From positions 1 to 49,134 of the forward strand of contig JAZTWJ010000100.1 of NCBI GenBank assembly GCA_045635785.1: a stretch of 49,134 nt of DNA. The letters run 5' to 3'. A model generated the notes under the pieces. That model had not been told where the DNA came from and did not search any database. It saw only the letters and a list, made by a program, of their open reading frames with translations. Positions 30,201-37,741 of this stretch are shown here, in pieces; position 1 is the first letter of the stretch, and every line of letters starts with the position of its first letter. The DNA comes from Candidatus Flemingiibacterium sp. GTDB taxonomy: Bacteria; Bacillota; Clostridia; Oscillospirales; CAG-272. A program made the translations under genes and the position numbers.

Positions 30201-33200
30201 AAAGCATCCAATGTGACTATCGACGGTGATGGTCATACTATCACCTTTAATGATGTTACGGATAATTGGTATGACGCAGCAATTAACCCCGGTGGACCCA
30301 GTGCATTCACAGTAAAGAATGTTACAATCGAACTGAAGAATGCAGCTCCTAATTTTGCAGCATTCGATATGAAGCGCGGCGGCACTCTGGAAAACGTTAC
30401 CGTTAACGGTAAGTTTGGAAAGTGCGTAATTACATCCGGATCAACTCCTGTTACTGTAACAGGATGTACCTTCAATGGTGCTGACTGGGGTATTTATGCA
30501 GACGGTGCGTTCACCAATGTAAACGTAACCGGTACTACCTTCAACACCACCGGCGCAGCACTTCTTAACGGTAACACTGTATTTACCGGCAACATTATTG
30601 CTGCTAACAGCTATGTTGAATCCACTGCAGCTATTGACGTTTCCGCAAACTTCTGGAACGGCGATAATGCAACCGGTAATGCTCCTACCGCAGATCAGCT
30701 GAAGGGCGAAAAGATCATCTGCGATACTTACTACGCAACCAACACTAACGGCAAGCTTGATGACCTTACCGAATGTGGTGAGCCTGAAGAACCCGTTATC
30801 AAGGTTGTAGTTGGCAACGAGACCTATGAATACGGTCTCAGCAAGCTGGCTCTCCTGAGCAAGCTTATTGGCTCTGAAGCTAATGGTGATACAAAGATTA
30901 CTCTTTTGGATAATGTAACTCTTGAAAACGGTATCCAGGTAGCTGCTTATTGGGATTCTGATGCATTTGCGGCTGTTTCCAAGGCAGTTGAAATTGATCT
31001 GAACGGCAAGACGCTGAACGGCTTCATCCAGATCAACGGCAATGTTACGGCAACCATCAAGAACGGTACTGTTAACAACACCAGCAACTATCCTGCAATT
31101 GATGTTGGCGGCACTGCTACTCTTGAAGACATGACTGTAATATCTACAGACAAGGCATTCCGAACTGCTGACGGTGCTAAGCTCACTGTTAAGAAGGGTA
31201 CCTACAGCTCTGATCCTACTGCTTATGTAGCGGATAAATACATTGCAGTAAACAACGGCAACGGTACGTACAGCGTTGAAGTAGGCGGCACTTGGGGCGG
31301 TATCGACTGGATTCTGACCGACGATGGCACGCTCACTATTGCACCTACCAAGGGTACTCCTGTTCCGGATAAAAACGCTCCTACCAAGAGAACTTACGAG
31401 GTAGGTGAGTGGAGAGAAGCAGTTATCTACAAGAGCAACGGTAGCGCTTCCGCGATCGGCGGCTACCCCTACGATGTTAAAGCTGTTAAGACGCTTATAA
31501 TTGAAGAGGGCGTAACCACCATCGGTTCCTTTACCGCACAGTTCCCGAACCTTACCGGTAAGGTTGTAATTCCTTCTACCGTAACTTACATCGGCCAGGA
31601 GGCATTCCATAAGGCACCGATCACAGAGCTTATCTTTGCTGCTGACGGCACAGAGGGACTTTGTATTGCAAACGGTGCATTTAAGAAGATTCTTATCGAA
31701 GAAATTGCATTCCCGACTGACCGTGAATATATCCACATTCACCACTGGGCGTTTGGCGATTGTCCCCATCTCAAGGAAGCTTACATCCCCGGAGAAATCA
31801 CTAAGGTTTGGGGCGGTGAGCATGTCGATTACTTTGACAACTTTAATGCTCAGAGTAACGTAACTTGGGCTGATTACAGTTCAATCTTTACCGGTTGTAC
31901 TGCAATGGAGACCATTGCCTTTGAGACTGAGGATGCAAGAAATATGTTCTTTGCAAATAATCGCCAGAGTACCGATAAAGACTATATCGTAGCATATGTT
32001 GGTTTGACTGCGTATAATTCATTGGATAAAGCATTTGAAGTGGCTCAGAATGGCGAGACTGTCAAGCTGATTAAGACCGTTAATGATAATAAGACTGTAA
32101 AAGTTCCCGAAGGCGCAACTGTTGTTCTCGATCTCAACGGTAAGACTTTGAACGGCAGCATTCTTGCTCCCAATGCAAATCTGACTGTTCAGAACGGTAA
32201 GATCGTGAACAAAGATACCAGCGTCAGCGCAATCGAAATCAACGCTGGTAAACTTACTCTGACCAATGTTGAAATCGAATCTGCACGTCATGCAGTACGT
32301 ATCGACGGTGCAGTTGAAGCAACCATCAACGGCGGTAAGTACAAGGGCGGTATCGGCGGTACTGCTACTCTGCATGCAGTGAATGCTTCCGGCGGTGCCA
32401 AAGTCACCATCGAGTCCGGTGAATTCTACGGACCCAAGGGCGCTACTGCTGACAGCGGTGCTGCAGTAATGGTACAGGCGAATACCACCGTCATCATTAA
32501 TGGTGGTAACTTCTCCAATGGCAAGAACAACACTCTGGTTGCTAAGACGGATGCTGTTCTGACTATTTACGGCGGTACGTTCGACCAGGATCCCAGTGCT
32601 TATGTGGCTGATGGCTATGAAGCAGTAAAGGGCGCAGATAGCCTCTATACTGTAGTTAAGAGCAAAGCTAAGGTTGCACAGATCGGTGATAACTCCTTTG
32701 ATACCCTCGCTGACGCAATCAAAGCGGCACAGCCTGGCGATACCATTGAGCTTCTTGCTGAGGTAAACGAAAACGTAACCATCGACAAGAACCTCACCAT
32801 CGACGGTGCAGACAAGAACTACACCGGCACGATGACTGTTAACGCAAAACTGAATGTTACCATTCAGAACGTGAACTTTGTTAAAGGCTGCATCAATGAT
32901 CCTGGTGACGCTCACGGTTACCTGACTGTTAAGGATTGTGATTTCGACGGTGTCGATAAGTCCATCGGTTATGCAATCACTGTTCGCGGTGGTGACAAAG
33001 TTGTCATCGAAAACAGCACTGCAACGAATTACAGCACCGGTATGCTCTACATTCCTTCTTCTGTAGCAACTATCAGCGTGAAGGATGTTGAAGTTAGCAA
33101 CGTTGCTGCAGCATTCAACATTTCTTACTCCGGCAACGGTACTTTCGAAAATGTTGAGCTGACCAATGTTACTTACGGTCTCCATGTTCAGAACCACGGT

Positions 33201-34364
33201 ACAAGAACCTTTACTTTGAAGGGCTGGGATGCTGATATTCAGTACCCCATCTACGTTCAGGTTAAGGGGACTGCAACTGTAAACTTCGCATTTGAAGGCG
33301 CAAACGACTTCGGTGGTGGAACTGTTGCTCTTAACAACTATGGTATGCTCGTACTCGCTGCAACTGATGCAACTCTTACTGCTGTCGAAGGCCTCAATAT
33401 CAATATGGTAGCAGAGCTTGCTGAAGATTATGAAGTAGAGTATGGTGAAGGCGTTTATAAGGCAGTTAAGATTGAGAAAGTCGAGCTGTTTAGTTTGACC
33501 AGTGCAAATCTCAAACTTGGTTCCAGCTTGACTATGAACTTCAACATTAACACTTCGTATCTGGTATCCGATATGAATCATTATGCTGAAATCGTTCGGA
33601 TTGGTGCTGATGGTTCTACTGATACAGTAAAGATCGCCCAGAAAGATTGGGAGGCTCGTGAGGATTTGGGTGCGACATTCTTCCGTTTTGGATATGAAAA
33701 CCTCATGGCATATATGATGAATGATACGCTTCAAGTTACAATCTACAACGATAAAGATGTAGCGGTTAGTGAAGTATGGATAGACAGTGTGCTCAATTAT
33801 GCGGAACGTCTCTATGCCGCATATCCCTCCTACGGTACACTTCTCGTTGATATGCTCAACTACGGTGCAGACTGCCAGGTTTACTTTGAGTACGCAACTG
33901 ACAAGCTTGTGAATAGTAATATTTCGGATGAGTGGAAGAACATAGCATCTGAAATCCCCACTCTGACCAATAATCAGATAAAGGGTGAGAATTACAGAAG
34001 CACATCGCTTGTTTGCCAAAGCACGCTGATTTTGACCTTCTACTTTGAACATCTGACTCCTGACATGATCGCAAAGATTACCTATACCGATGCGTATGGT
34101 GAGAATCAGAGTTTGACTGTGGATGGTTCCGAATTCTACTATAACGATTCGATAGGATGCTATGGTGTTGATGTACCTGTAAATGCCTACGATGCACAGC
34201 AGCTTATCAAATGCCAAGTATATAGCGGAGACTCCGTATTTGCTGAAGCATCTGATAGCGTTGAAAGCTATCTCTGCAGAGCTATTGCGGCATACCCCAA
34301 TACTGCTGTATTTAAGAGTGTTGCAAAGTATGTATTCTCAGCAAAGAAGGCTCTGATCGATTAA
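24243..34364 (+). CDS. Giant secreted repeat protein (~3373 aa): two BspA-like LRR modules, GLUG/ZmpB-like segment, beta-helix-like repeats, duplicated C-terminal domain
   Basis: RBS AAAGGAG; signal peptide ending PTMVFA; TWGGIDW.LT.DGTLTIAPTKGTP...IEEGVT.IGSF...IPSTVTYIGQEAF twice; GSGTEADPYQI...LTADIDL...W.PIG; recurring VA.IG...Y.....A...A..G..V.LL linkers. No LPxTG, SLH or dockerin motif seen. Confidence 0.88.
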   Translation: MHMKLNFKRLMAMFLSIMMVVGMLPTMVFAEDGVATINESDVAASAVVKSDTWGGIDWTLTEDGTLTIAPTKGTPTTDNSGKWTYEVGQWPEAVIYKQTGEADDIGGWPYKLDAIKIKSLVIEEGVTSIGSFAFNGKYSLDLSNFEGEVVIPSTVTYIGQEAFQGVPMSKLTFAKGGTEELCIAQGAFKNLIITELALPDDRPVHFHAWLMLNSTKLENVTIPATLTGVTGTNHVDYNHNPNAQTDGKSWYSEVLNTTNSGLKTIAFGSADAANLFFNSDNGNAKTEVGAATVANEAGAITYCESLAVAAEIAKSGDTITLLKNTSEEVEIPAGVTLDKGEFTADGVTEEKNYVAQVGDDKFTDIQEAIKAAAQIGGTVTLLTDIAVDTETYTIADGESITLDMNSKKITVTDNAAANYELFYIYGEMTVIGNGTIELTSTHNRAWNAMSAIFHNRGGVLTIQDGTFKNLGGTDMAWVVDNSGNYYGDAITNIKGGTLSSTYTAIRNRMEQNSHGASGKAILNISGGKIEGTTSAVWAQAASESVTAPATGEINVTGGQVGLINTARSAGAECLTTISGGTVDSFKGEVGELKVTSTGEAPANITLLTADGEEVKNYVVDENGVYVEAPAVPVLSGSGTEADPYQIGSVEDLILFRNSVNAGETKYNAPGVYVALTADIDLGAIDNWAPIGTFDYSFDGNFNGNDKVIKNLKISDNTATNGEAYLGFFGITANNVVENFVIENVTISSNGQIVAAAIAYPYYTTVRNITVRGDIAIKGGNYTAGVLAYTRLCTDASNLTVSGNASSYITGAKTVGGVIADIQMNHGLTANYSNFSVSGVNITGEMSVGGISGIIAAQAINGATVKNVTLVCGDARVGVVAGSLGGASTISNVTVENVTGAAAIVGADFDTGAVVEAKIGDKYYTTLEAALAAEVAGDVILLTPYVVEAGNPVVLDLLGKTIVGTDNATGNYGLINIQPGADLTINDSVGGGKITLEATNDREFNAYSSVISNQRGKLTVNGGTIEHLGGTDMAYGIDNLTNGKGTYAETVINGGTIKSTYRAIRQFLNGTEAQNILTVNGGTIEGANKSIWAQNANVSNNPGTLTVTAAAALSGDVLLSGSGVDEWTLSLAVASEALNDGFTVTLSNAATYVLKEVNGTWGIAENPAIGAVAKIGDQYYESVSAALDAAYNAGMKDVVITLTGETNSNTTDSVDLYSKYGNGTAFNTITFKQEDASKTYYLYLLYTGWTTGKVVFEGVNIVVTGQLYAIGKVELINNSTITCSSDTANFVFYGDMVIEPGSKFVSLADRISSGSSLTVDGGRTDGAYNTTADYKTVWLYVEAGNTMTIKNGAYVVASNYEFAKLDVSGTVDVQDSRLDVFTEIIIGANGVFKVDGGSDINTKSITGSGKIVIDVAGMTEGTVKAFENVNLSGFTGTVEVANGNGLKAKIVGGKLTLVKADDPVVAQIGTVNYASIQAAVNAAADGDVITVIADIDLAKTELQLLDGSYDTYFLVEGKTVTIDLNGKTISGAYTGSSMLVGVFSTNNGGHLTLTGNGTVDVTATNKVYSLISNYTDGCSITIENGTYKLDTAANCLIHTSPSANEGVGNVGVVIKGGNFYLGNVGTGTNGQPWIVNANESNARHAWVTGGTYNANVFNQHWIHEVQCGGKYAARDNGDGTWTVVPAAAYVVKTVSTYSYLVGYETINEAIAAAKAGEKVFIFGFDSNGYQTSYNKDLIIDKAITVEGETLDDGYQLVTVNGQLRITADGATVKGLYVYDDDTAAYINAKDVLIEGCELVGASWAGLYQSYTTGTVTFKDSKIVGATYGIHFDGYDGGNIVIDNCVIQGWTSFASTIDKVTISDSEFSDEAYYKLLRFYQDAEVTNTTFPAGMRIDSGDGGTGMDGIDLTFDGCKMADGSDFADVFPDDVLAKSAVYVDGKQLKPAVAKIGDVEYTDLSAAVKAATTGQTVTLLRDINLGTESITIGGKASNVTIDGDGHTITFNDVTDNWYDAAINPGGPSAFTVKNVTIELKNAAPNFAAFDMKRGGTLENVTVNGKFGKCVITSGSTPVTVTGCTFNGADWGIYADGAFTNVNVTGTTFNTTGAALLNGNTVFTGNIIAANSYVESTAAIDVSANFWNGDNATGNAPTADQLKGEKIICDTYYATNTNGKLDDLTECGEPEEPVIKVVVGNETYEYGLSKLALLSKLIGSEANGDTKITLLDNVTLENGIQVAAYWDSDAFAAVSKAVEIDLNGKTLNGFIQINGNVTATIKNGTVNNTSNYPAIDVGGTATLEDMTVISTDKAFRTADGAKLTVKKGTYSSDPTAYVADKYIAVNNGNGTYSVEVGGTWGGIDWILTDDGTLTIAPTKGTPVPDKNAPTKRTYEVGEWREAVIYKSNGSASAIGGYPYDVKAVKTLIIEEGVTTIGSFTAQFPNLTGKVVIPSTVTYIGQEAFHKAPITELIFAADGTEGLCIANGAFKKILIEEIAFPTDREYIHIHHWAFGDCPHLKEAYIPGEITKVWGGEHVDYFDNFNAQSNVTWADYSSIFTGCTAMETIAFETEDARNMFFANNRQSTDKDYIVAYVGLTAYNSLDKAFEVAQNGETVKLIKTVNDNKTVKVPEGATVVLDLNGKTLNGSILAPNANLTVQNGKIVNKDTSVSAIEINAGKLTLTNVEIESARHAVRIDGAVEATINGGKYKGGIGGTATLHAVNASGGAKVTIESGEFYGPKGATADSGAAVMVQANTTVIINGGNFSNGKNNTLVAKTDAVLTIYGGTFDQDPSAYVADGYEAVKGADSLYTVVKSKAKVAQIGDNSFDTLADAIKAAQPGDTIELLAEVNENVTIDKNLTIDGADKNYTGTMTVNAKLNVTIQNVNFVKGCINDPGDAHGYLTVKDCDFDGVDKSIGYAITVRGGDKVVIENSTATNYSTGMLYIPSSVATISVKDVEVSNVAAAFNISYSGNGTFENVELTNVTYGLHVQNHGTRTFTLKGWDADIQYPIYVQVKGTATVNFAFEGANDFGGGTVALNNYGMLVLAATDATLTAVEGLNINMVAELAEDYEVEYGEGVYKAVKIEKVELFSLTSANLKLGSSLTMNFNINTSYLVSDMNHYAEIVRIGADGSTDTVKIAQKDWEAREDLGATFFRFGYENLMAYMMNDTLQVTIYNDKDVAVSEVWIDSVLNYAERLYAAYPSYGTLLVDMLNYGADCQVYFEYATDKLVNSNISDEWKNIASEIPTLTNNQIKGENYRSTSLVCQSTLILTFYFEHLTPDMIAKITYTDAYGENQSLTVDGSEFYYNDSIGCYGVDVPVNAYDAQQLIKCQVYSGDSVFAEASDSVESYLCRAIAAYPNTAVFKSVAKYVFSAKKALID

Positions 34365-34434
34365 AGGCAACTCCAAAATCTAACATTAATGGCGAAAGCT
34401 GTTTTTGTAAAAAATTCAAGAAAGGAATACCAAA

Positions 34435-34542
34435 ATGAAAAAAACATTTGAAACTCCCGAAGTAAATGTGGTGCCCTTCACTGTTGAGGACATCATTACT
34501 ACTAGTGGAACAGATCGTCCTGGCGAACTTCCTGACGTATAA
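34435..34542 (+). CDS. 35-aa peptide MKKTFETPEVNVVPFTVEDIITTSGTDRPGELPDV
   Basis: Hand translated; strong RBS AGAAAGGA; 70 nt after the giant gene on the same strand; below the ORF-track size cutoff. Confidence 0.75.
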   Translation: MKKTFETPEVNVVPFTVEDIITTSGTDRPGELPDV

Positions 34543-34592
34543 GACATGTCAGTGAAGGCAACTCTTTCGTGGTGAGACCACATAAAACCGGA

Positions 34593-34622
34593 AGGTCAGA
34601 GCACACCATTGTGCTCTGACCT
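34593..34622. other. Perfect 13-bp hairpin after the peptide gene
   Basis: AGGTCAGAGCACA-CCAT-TGTGCTCTGACCT. Confidence 0.7.
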
Positions 34623-34627
34623 ATTGG

Positions 34628-35090
34628 AATGCCTACAGAGAATTGGATAATCAAAATCGGACTGTCCAATTTTCTGTAGGCATTTTTCATTTATAAATTT
34701 CAGCCTCTTTATATTCCGCTTCCACTTGATTTGACGTCATAAATCTAAGGCGTTGATGTGAGCGATAATAGTTGTAGTAGTCGATGTACTTGTCCACCGC
34801 TTCTTTGAATTCTTCTTCCGTCTGATACTACGTACGTCGGAAATCCTCCTTCTTAATTGTTGAAAAAAACGATTCGGCAACAGCGTTATCATGCGGGGCA
34901 CCCAGGGCTGAGAAGGACCGTGAAACATTGTAGTCTTTGAGAAGCATACCAAATTCAAGAGATGTTACATGACGGAACCATCATGTGACCGGAAACTAAA
35001 AATGCATATTGATCTCATTTTAATTCCACACAACAAAATGCCCACAGAACGTTGGACAGTCCGATTTTGATCGTCCAACTATCTGTGGGC
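34628..35090. repeat. Two ~56-bp self-palindromic elements in inverted orientation (34628-34686 and 35035-35090)
   Basis: 48/56 identical by manual alignment; shared core TTGGACAGTCCGATTTTGAT; each element folds into its own hairpin. Confidence 0.9.
34687..34920 (-). mobile_element. IS3-family transposase C-terminal remnant
   Basis: FSALGAPHDNAVAESFFSTIKK[frameshift]EDFRRT*YQTEEEFKEAVDKYIDYYNYYRSHQRL. Confidence 0.85.
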
Positions 35091-35097
35091 CTACGAA

Positions 35098-35493
35098 TTA
35101 GTTGCTGTGGAATGCGATCGCAGTATATCCTGCGATCCTTTTGCCAAGGTCATCTGTTACATCGACCGTATAATGCCCAAGGGTGCGACCTTCTTTATCT
35201 GTCGTGCAGGTGGCAATCAGCTTTGTTCCTTTTGCAGCTGAATAATATCTGATATTACACTCGATCGCTACAGACGGGATCCCCGCATAATTTGACGCGA
35301 CGGCAAAAGCAAAATCCGCAAGTGTGAAGATTGCTCCTCCCATCACACCGCCATGAGCATTTAACAAGTCTTTTGTGATTTTCATTTCACAAACGACCTT
35401 GTCAGCATTCGCTTCAAGAATAACACAGCCTGCATTTGTGGCAAATCGGTCATTTTTGTATTCATCCTGAAGCTTTTTTAATTGTTGATCCAT
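35098..35493 (-). CDS. paaI: PaaI-family hotdog-fold thioesterase
   Basis: NDRFA, LLNAHGGVMGGAIFTLADFAFAVASN; last gene of the paaK operon. Confidence 0.85.
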   Translation of the reverse strand: MDQQLKKLQDEYKNDRFATNAGCVILEANADKVVCEMKITKDLLNAHGGVMGGAIFTLADFAFAVASNYAGIPSVAIECNIRYYSAAKGTKLIATCTTDKEGRTLGHYTVDVTDDLGKRIAGYTAIAFHSN

Positions 35494-35506
35494 TTATAAA
35501 AACCCT

Positions 35507-35956
35507 TTATAACTTGTTGATTTCCTCTTGACTTACAAGCATAATGTCATTTTTGCCAAGTAATGCTGCAATATCTTCCTTTTCCATATTATCCGCTTTA
35601 AGGCGAAGCACCATCAATGCCTTGTTGCCGATAATATAGTTCAGGGAATACATATATTCAATGGAAATGTTATTATCTTCAATAGCAGCCAACGCCTTAT
35701 CAAGACCTGCGGGCTGATTGGGGACTGCAACGCAAATGACATGGTTGGTTTTTGCCATAAAGCCGTTTTCGCGGAGCGCGGCAATAGCAGGCTCAATGTC
35801 ACATCCTCTTACTACGATACGAACGATACCGAAATGCATCGTGTCCGCAATAGAGAGCGCAAGCATATCAATGTTGCGGTCAGCGAGGGCTTTGGTCAGA
35901 GAACGAAGTGTTCCGTTACTGTTTTCAAGATACACTGAAATTTGAGTAATTAACAT
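35507..35956 (-). CDS. Tandem ACT-domain amino-acid-binding protein
   Basis: QISVYLEN..G.L, ALSIADT..FGIVR, VPNQPAGL, IEYMYS; the family usually found next to paaK. Confidence 0.88.
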   Translation of the reverse strand: MLITQISVYLENSNGTLRSLTKALADRNIDMLALSIADTMHFGIVRIVVRGCDIEPAIAALRENGFMAKTNHVICVAVPNQPAGLDKALAAIEDNNISIEYMYSLNYIIGNKALMVLRLKADNMEKEDIAALLGKNDIMLVSQEEINKL

Positions 35957-35974
35957 GATGATCGTTTCCTTTCT

Positions 35975-37297
35975 TTATTTTGTAAGGCCTCTGTTATCAA
36001 TAATGCGCTTTGCCTTTCCTTCCGAGCGAGGGATCGTCTTCGGAGGAACAAGCTTGACGATTGCCGCCACACCTACAACAGACTTAATTTGTTCTGTAAT
36101 TGCATTTCTGATCTTTTCGATGTCCGCAACCGTATCGGAGAAGATCTCATCTGTCAATTCAACCTGTACTTCAAGCCTGTCGGTAGAATTGATTCGGTCA
36201 ACCACGAGCATATAGTGAGAAGAAACACCGGGGATGCGGAGCAAGACCTCCTCGATCTGGCTCGGGAACACGTTTACACCGCGAATGATCAGCATATCAT
36301 CGGTTCTACCTGTGATGCGGCTCATTCTGACATGGGTTCTGCCGCAAGCGCACGGAGCTGCATCAAGCGTGCAAATATCGTGTGTGCGATAACGGATCAT
36401 CGGCATGCCTGTTTTGGTAATGGTTGTGAACACCAGCTCGCCGCTCTCTCCATAGGGCAAAGGCTCGCCCGTCTTAGGATCAACGATTTCTGCAATCACA
36501 TGGTCTTCATTGACATGCATGCCGTTCTTGGCTGTACACTCAAAAGCAACGCCGGGGCCGGCGATTTCTGTAAGACCGTAAATGTTGTAAGCGTTAATAT
36601 CAAAAAGGGCTTCCAGCTTGTCTCTCATTTCCTCTGTCCAAGGCTCTGCACCGAAGCAGCCGGATTTCAGCTTGAACTCTTTCAGATCATAGCCCATTTC
36701 TTTCAGGGACTCACCGAGGAAGATCGCATACGACGGTGTGCAGCAGAGCATCGTTGCACCAAGGTCGTGCATCATCATAAGCTGTCTTTGTGTGTTTCCG
36801 CTTGACATCGGCACGACCATCGCGCCGACTGCCGAAGCTCCCTGATGTGCGCCAAGACCACCTGTGAACAAGCCGTAACCGTAAGTTATCTGAATGATAT
36901 CGTCCTTGCCGGCACCTGCGGCGGCAAGCGAACGAGCGACCATTTCCGTCCAAACATTCACGTCGTTTTGCGTGTATCCCGAAACAATCGGCTTGCCTGT
37001 TGTTCCCGATGAGCCCTGAATTCTGACGATTTCGGATTTATCTACCGCAAGCAGTCCGTAAGGGAACTCATCACGCAGGTCTGTTTTATTGGTAAAGGGA
37101 AGAAGGCGAAGATCATCCACGCTCTTAATATCTTCGGGCTTTACGCCTGCTTCATCCATTCTGGCGCGGTACAAAGGCACATTTTTGTAAACATGAGCGA
37201 CCGTTTCGGCAAGTCGCTTGCTCTGAATGTCACGGATGCTTTCTCTGTCCATGCATTCAATTTCAGGGTTATAAATCTTATTTTCTGTAATTTTCAT
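35975..37297 (-). CDS. paaK: Phenylacetate-CoA ligase
   Basis: SSGTTGKP, YGYGLFTGGLG, FGAEPW, YGLTEIAGPGVA, RYRTHD, GRTDDMLIIRGVNVFPSQIE, EGKAKR. RBS GAAAGGA before ATG 37297. Confidence 0.93.
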   Translation of the reverse strand: MKITENKIYNPEIECMDRESIRDIQSKRLAETVAHVYKNVPLYRARMDEAGVKPEDIKSVDDLRLLPFTNKTDLRDEFPYGLLAVDKSEIVRIQGSSGTTGKPIVSGYTQNDVNVWTEMVARSLAAAGAGKDDIIQITYGYGLFTGGLGAHQGASAVGAMVVPMSSGNTQRQLMMMHDLGATMLCCTPSYAIFLGESLKEMGYDLKEFKLKSGCFGAEPWTEEMRDKLEALFDINAYNIYGLTEIAGPGVAFECTAKNGMHVNEDHVIAEIVDPKTGEPLPYGESGELVFTTITKTGMPMIRYRTHDICTLDAAPCACGRTHVRMSRITGRTDDMLIIRGVNVFPSQIEEVLLRIPGVSSHYMLVVDRINSTDRLEVQVELTDEIFSDTVADIEKIRNAITEQIKSVVGVAAIVKLVPPKTIPRSEGKAKRIIDNRGLTK

Positions 37298-37356
37298 GAT
37301 GATCAATCCTTTCGATTATAGTTGTTGATGTATTTAAATCCGTTACTCTTTGTGTT

Positions 37357-37437
37357 TTACAACACAAAGGTACAGAATGCAAATCCGGCAGTACACATAT
37401 TCTTTTTAGGGCATGCATCGCTGCTTTTTATCTTCAT
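37357..37437 (-). CDS. 26-aa upstream ORF MKIKSSDACPKKNMCTAGFAFCTFVL
   Basis: Preceded by a full Shine-Dalgarno AAAAGGAGGTG; its stop codon lies in the hairpin CTTTGTGTT/AACACAAAG. Confidence 0.45.
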   Translation of the reverse strand: MKIKSSDACPKKNMCTAGFAFCTFVL

Positions 37438-37471
37438 TCTGATATAACACCTCCTTTTAGATGATGCTTGT

Positions 37472-37521
37472 AAAACAAAATGCCCGTATGGATTTGACTT
37501 TCATCAAATATCCATGCGGAC
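37472..37521 (-). terminator. Attenuator terminator in the paaK leader
   Basis: Minus strand GTCCGCATGGATATTTGAT-GAAA-GTCAAATCCATACGGGC followed by ATTTTGTTTT. Confidence 0.7.
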
Positions 37522-37580
37522 TTTCTTGCGCTTTTATCACTGTTGTTCAACATCAAACCGACGACAAAGGAGCCATCGAG

Positions 37581-37664
37581 TCAATGTTTTTCAGCAAGGG
37601 CAGAAAAACCGCATGGATGGCTAAAGTAAAATCGCTCATTGAAATTATTGCGAATATATACCAT
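37581..37664 (-). CDS. Candidate Phe/Tyr-rich leader peptide MVYIRNNFNERFYFSHPCGFSALAEKH
   Basis: RBS GGAAAGGAG; 4 Phe + 2 Tyr including FYF; contains ATCCATGCGG, which is complementary to the 5' arm of the downstream terminator. Confidence 0.7.
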   Translation of the reverse strand: MVYIRNNFNERFYFSHPCGFSALAEKH

Positions 37665-37712
37665 GGCAATTCTCCTTTCCCCGCTTATTATATGCATTCT
37701 TTACTTACGTAT

Positions 37713-37741
37713 ATTGTACACCTAATTTGTCAAGTTGTCAA
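37713..37741 (-). promoter_or_regulatory. sigmaA promoter for the leader-paaK transcript
   Basis: Minus strand TTGACA - 17 nt - TACAAT. Confidence 0.75.

Noticed and set aside
34435..34542. Complete lasso-peptide gene cluster
   Set aside because: No lasso cyclase, B protein or transporter is nearby, and the putative core is only 11 aa.
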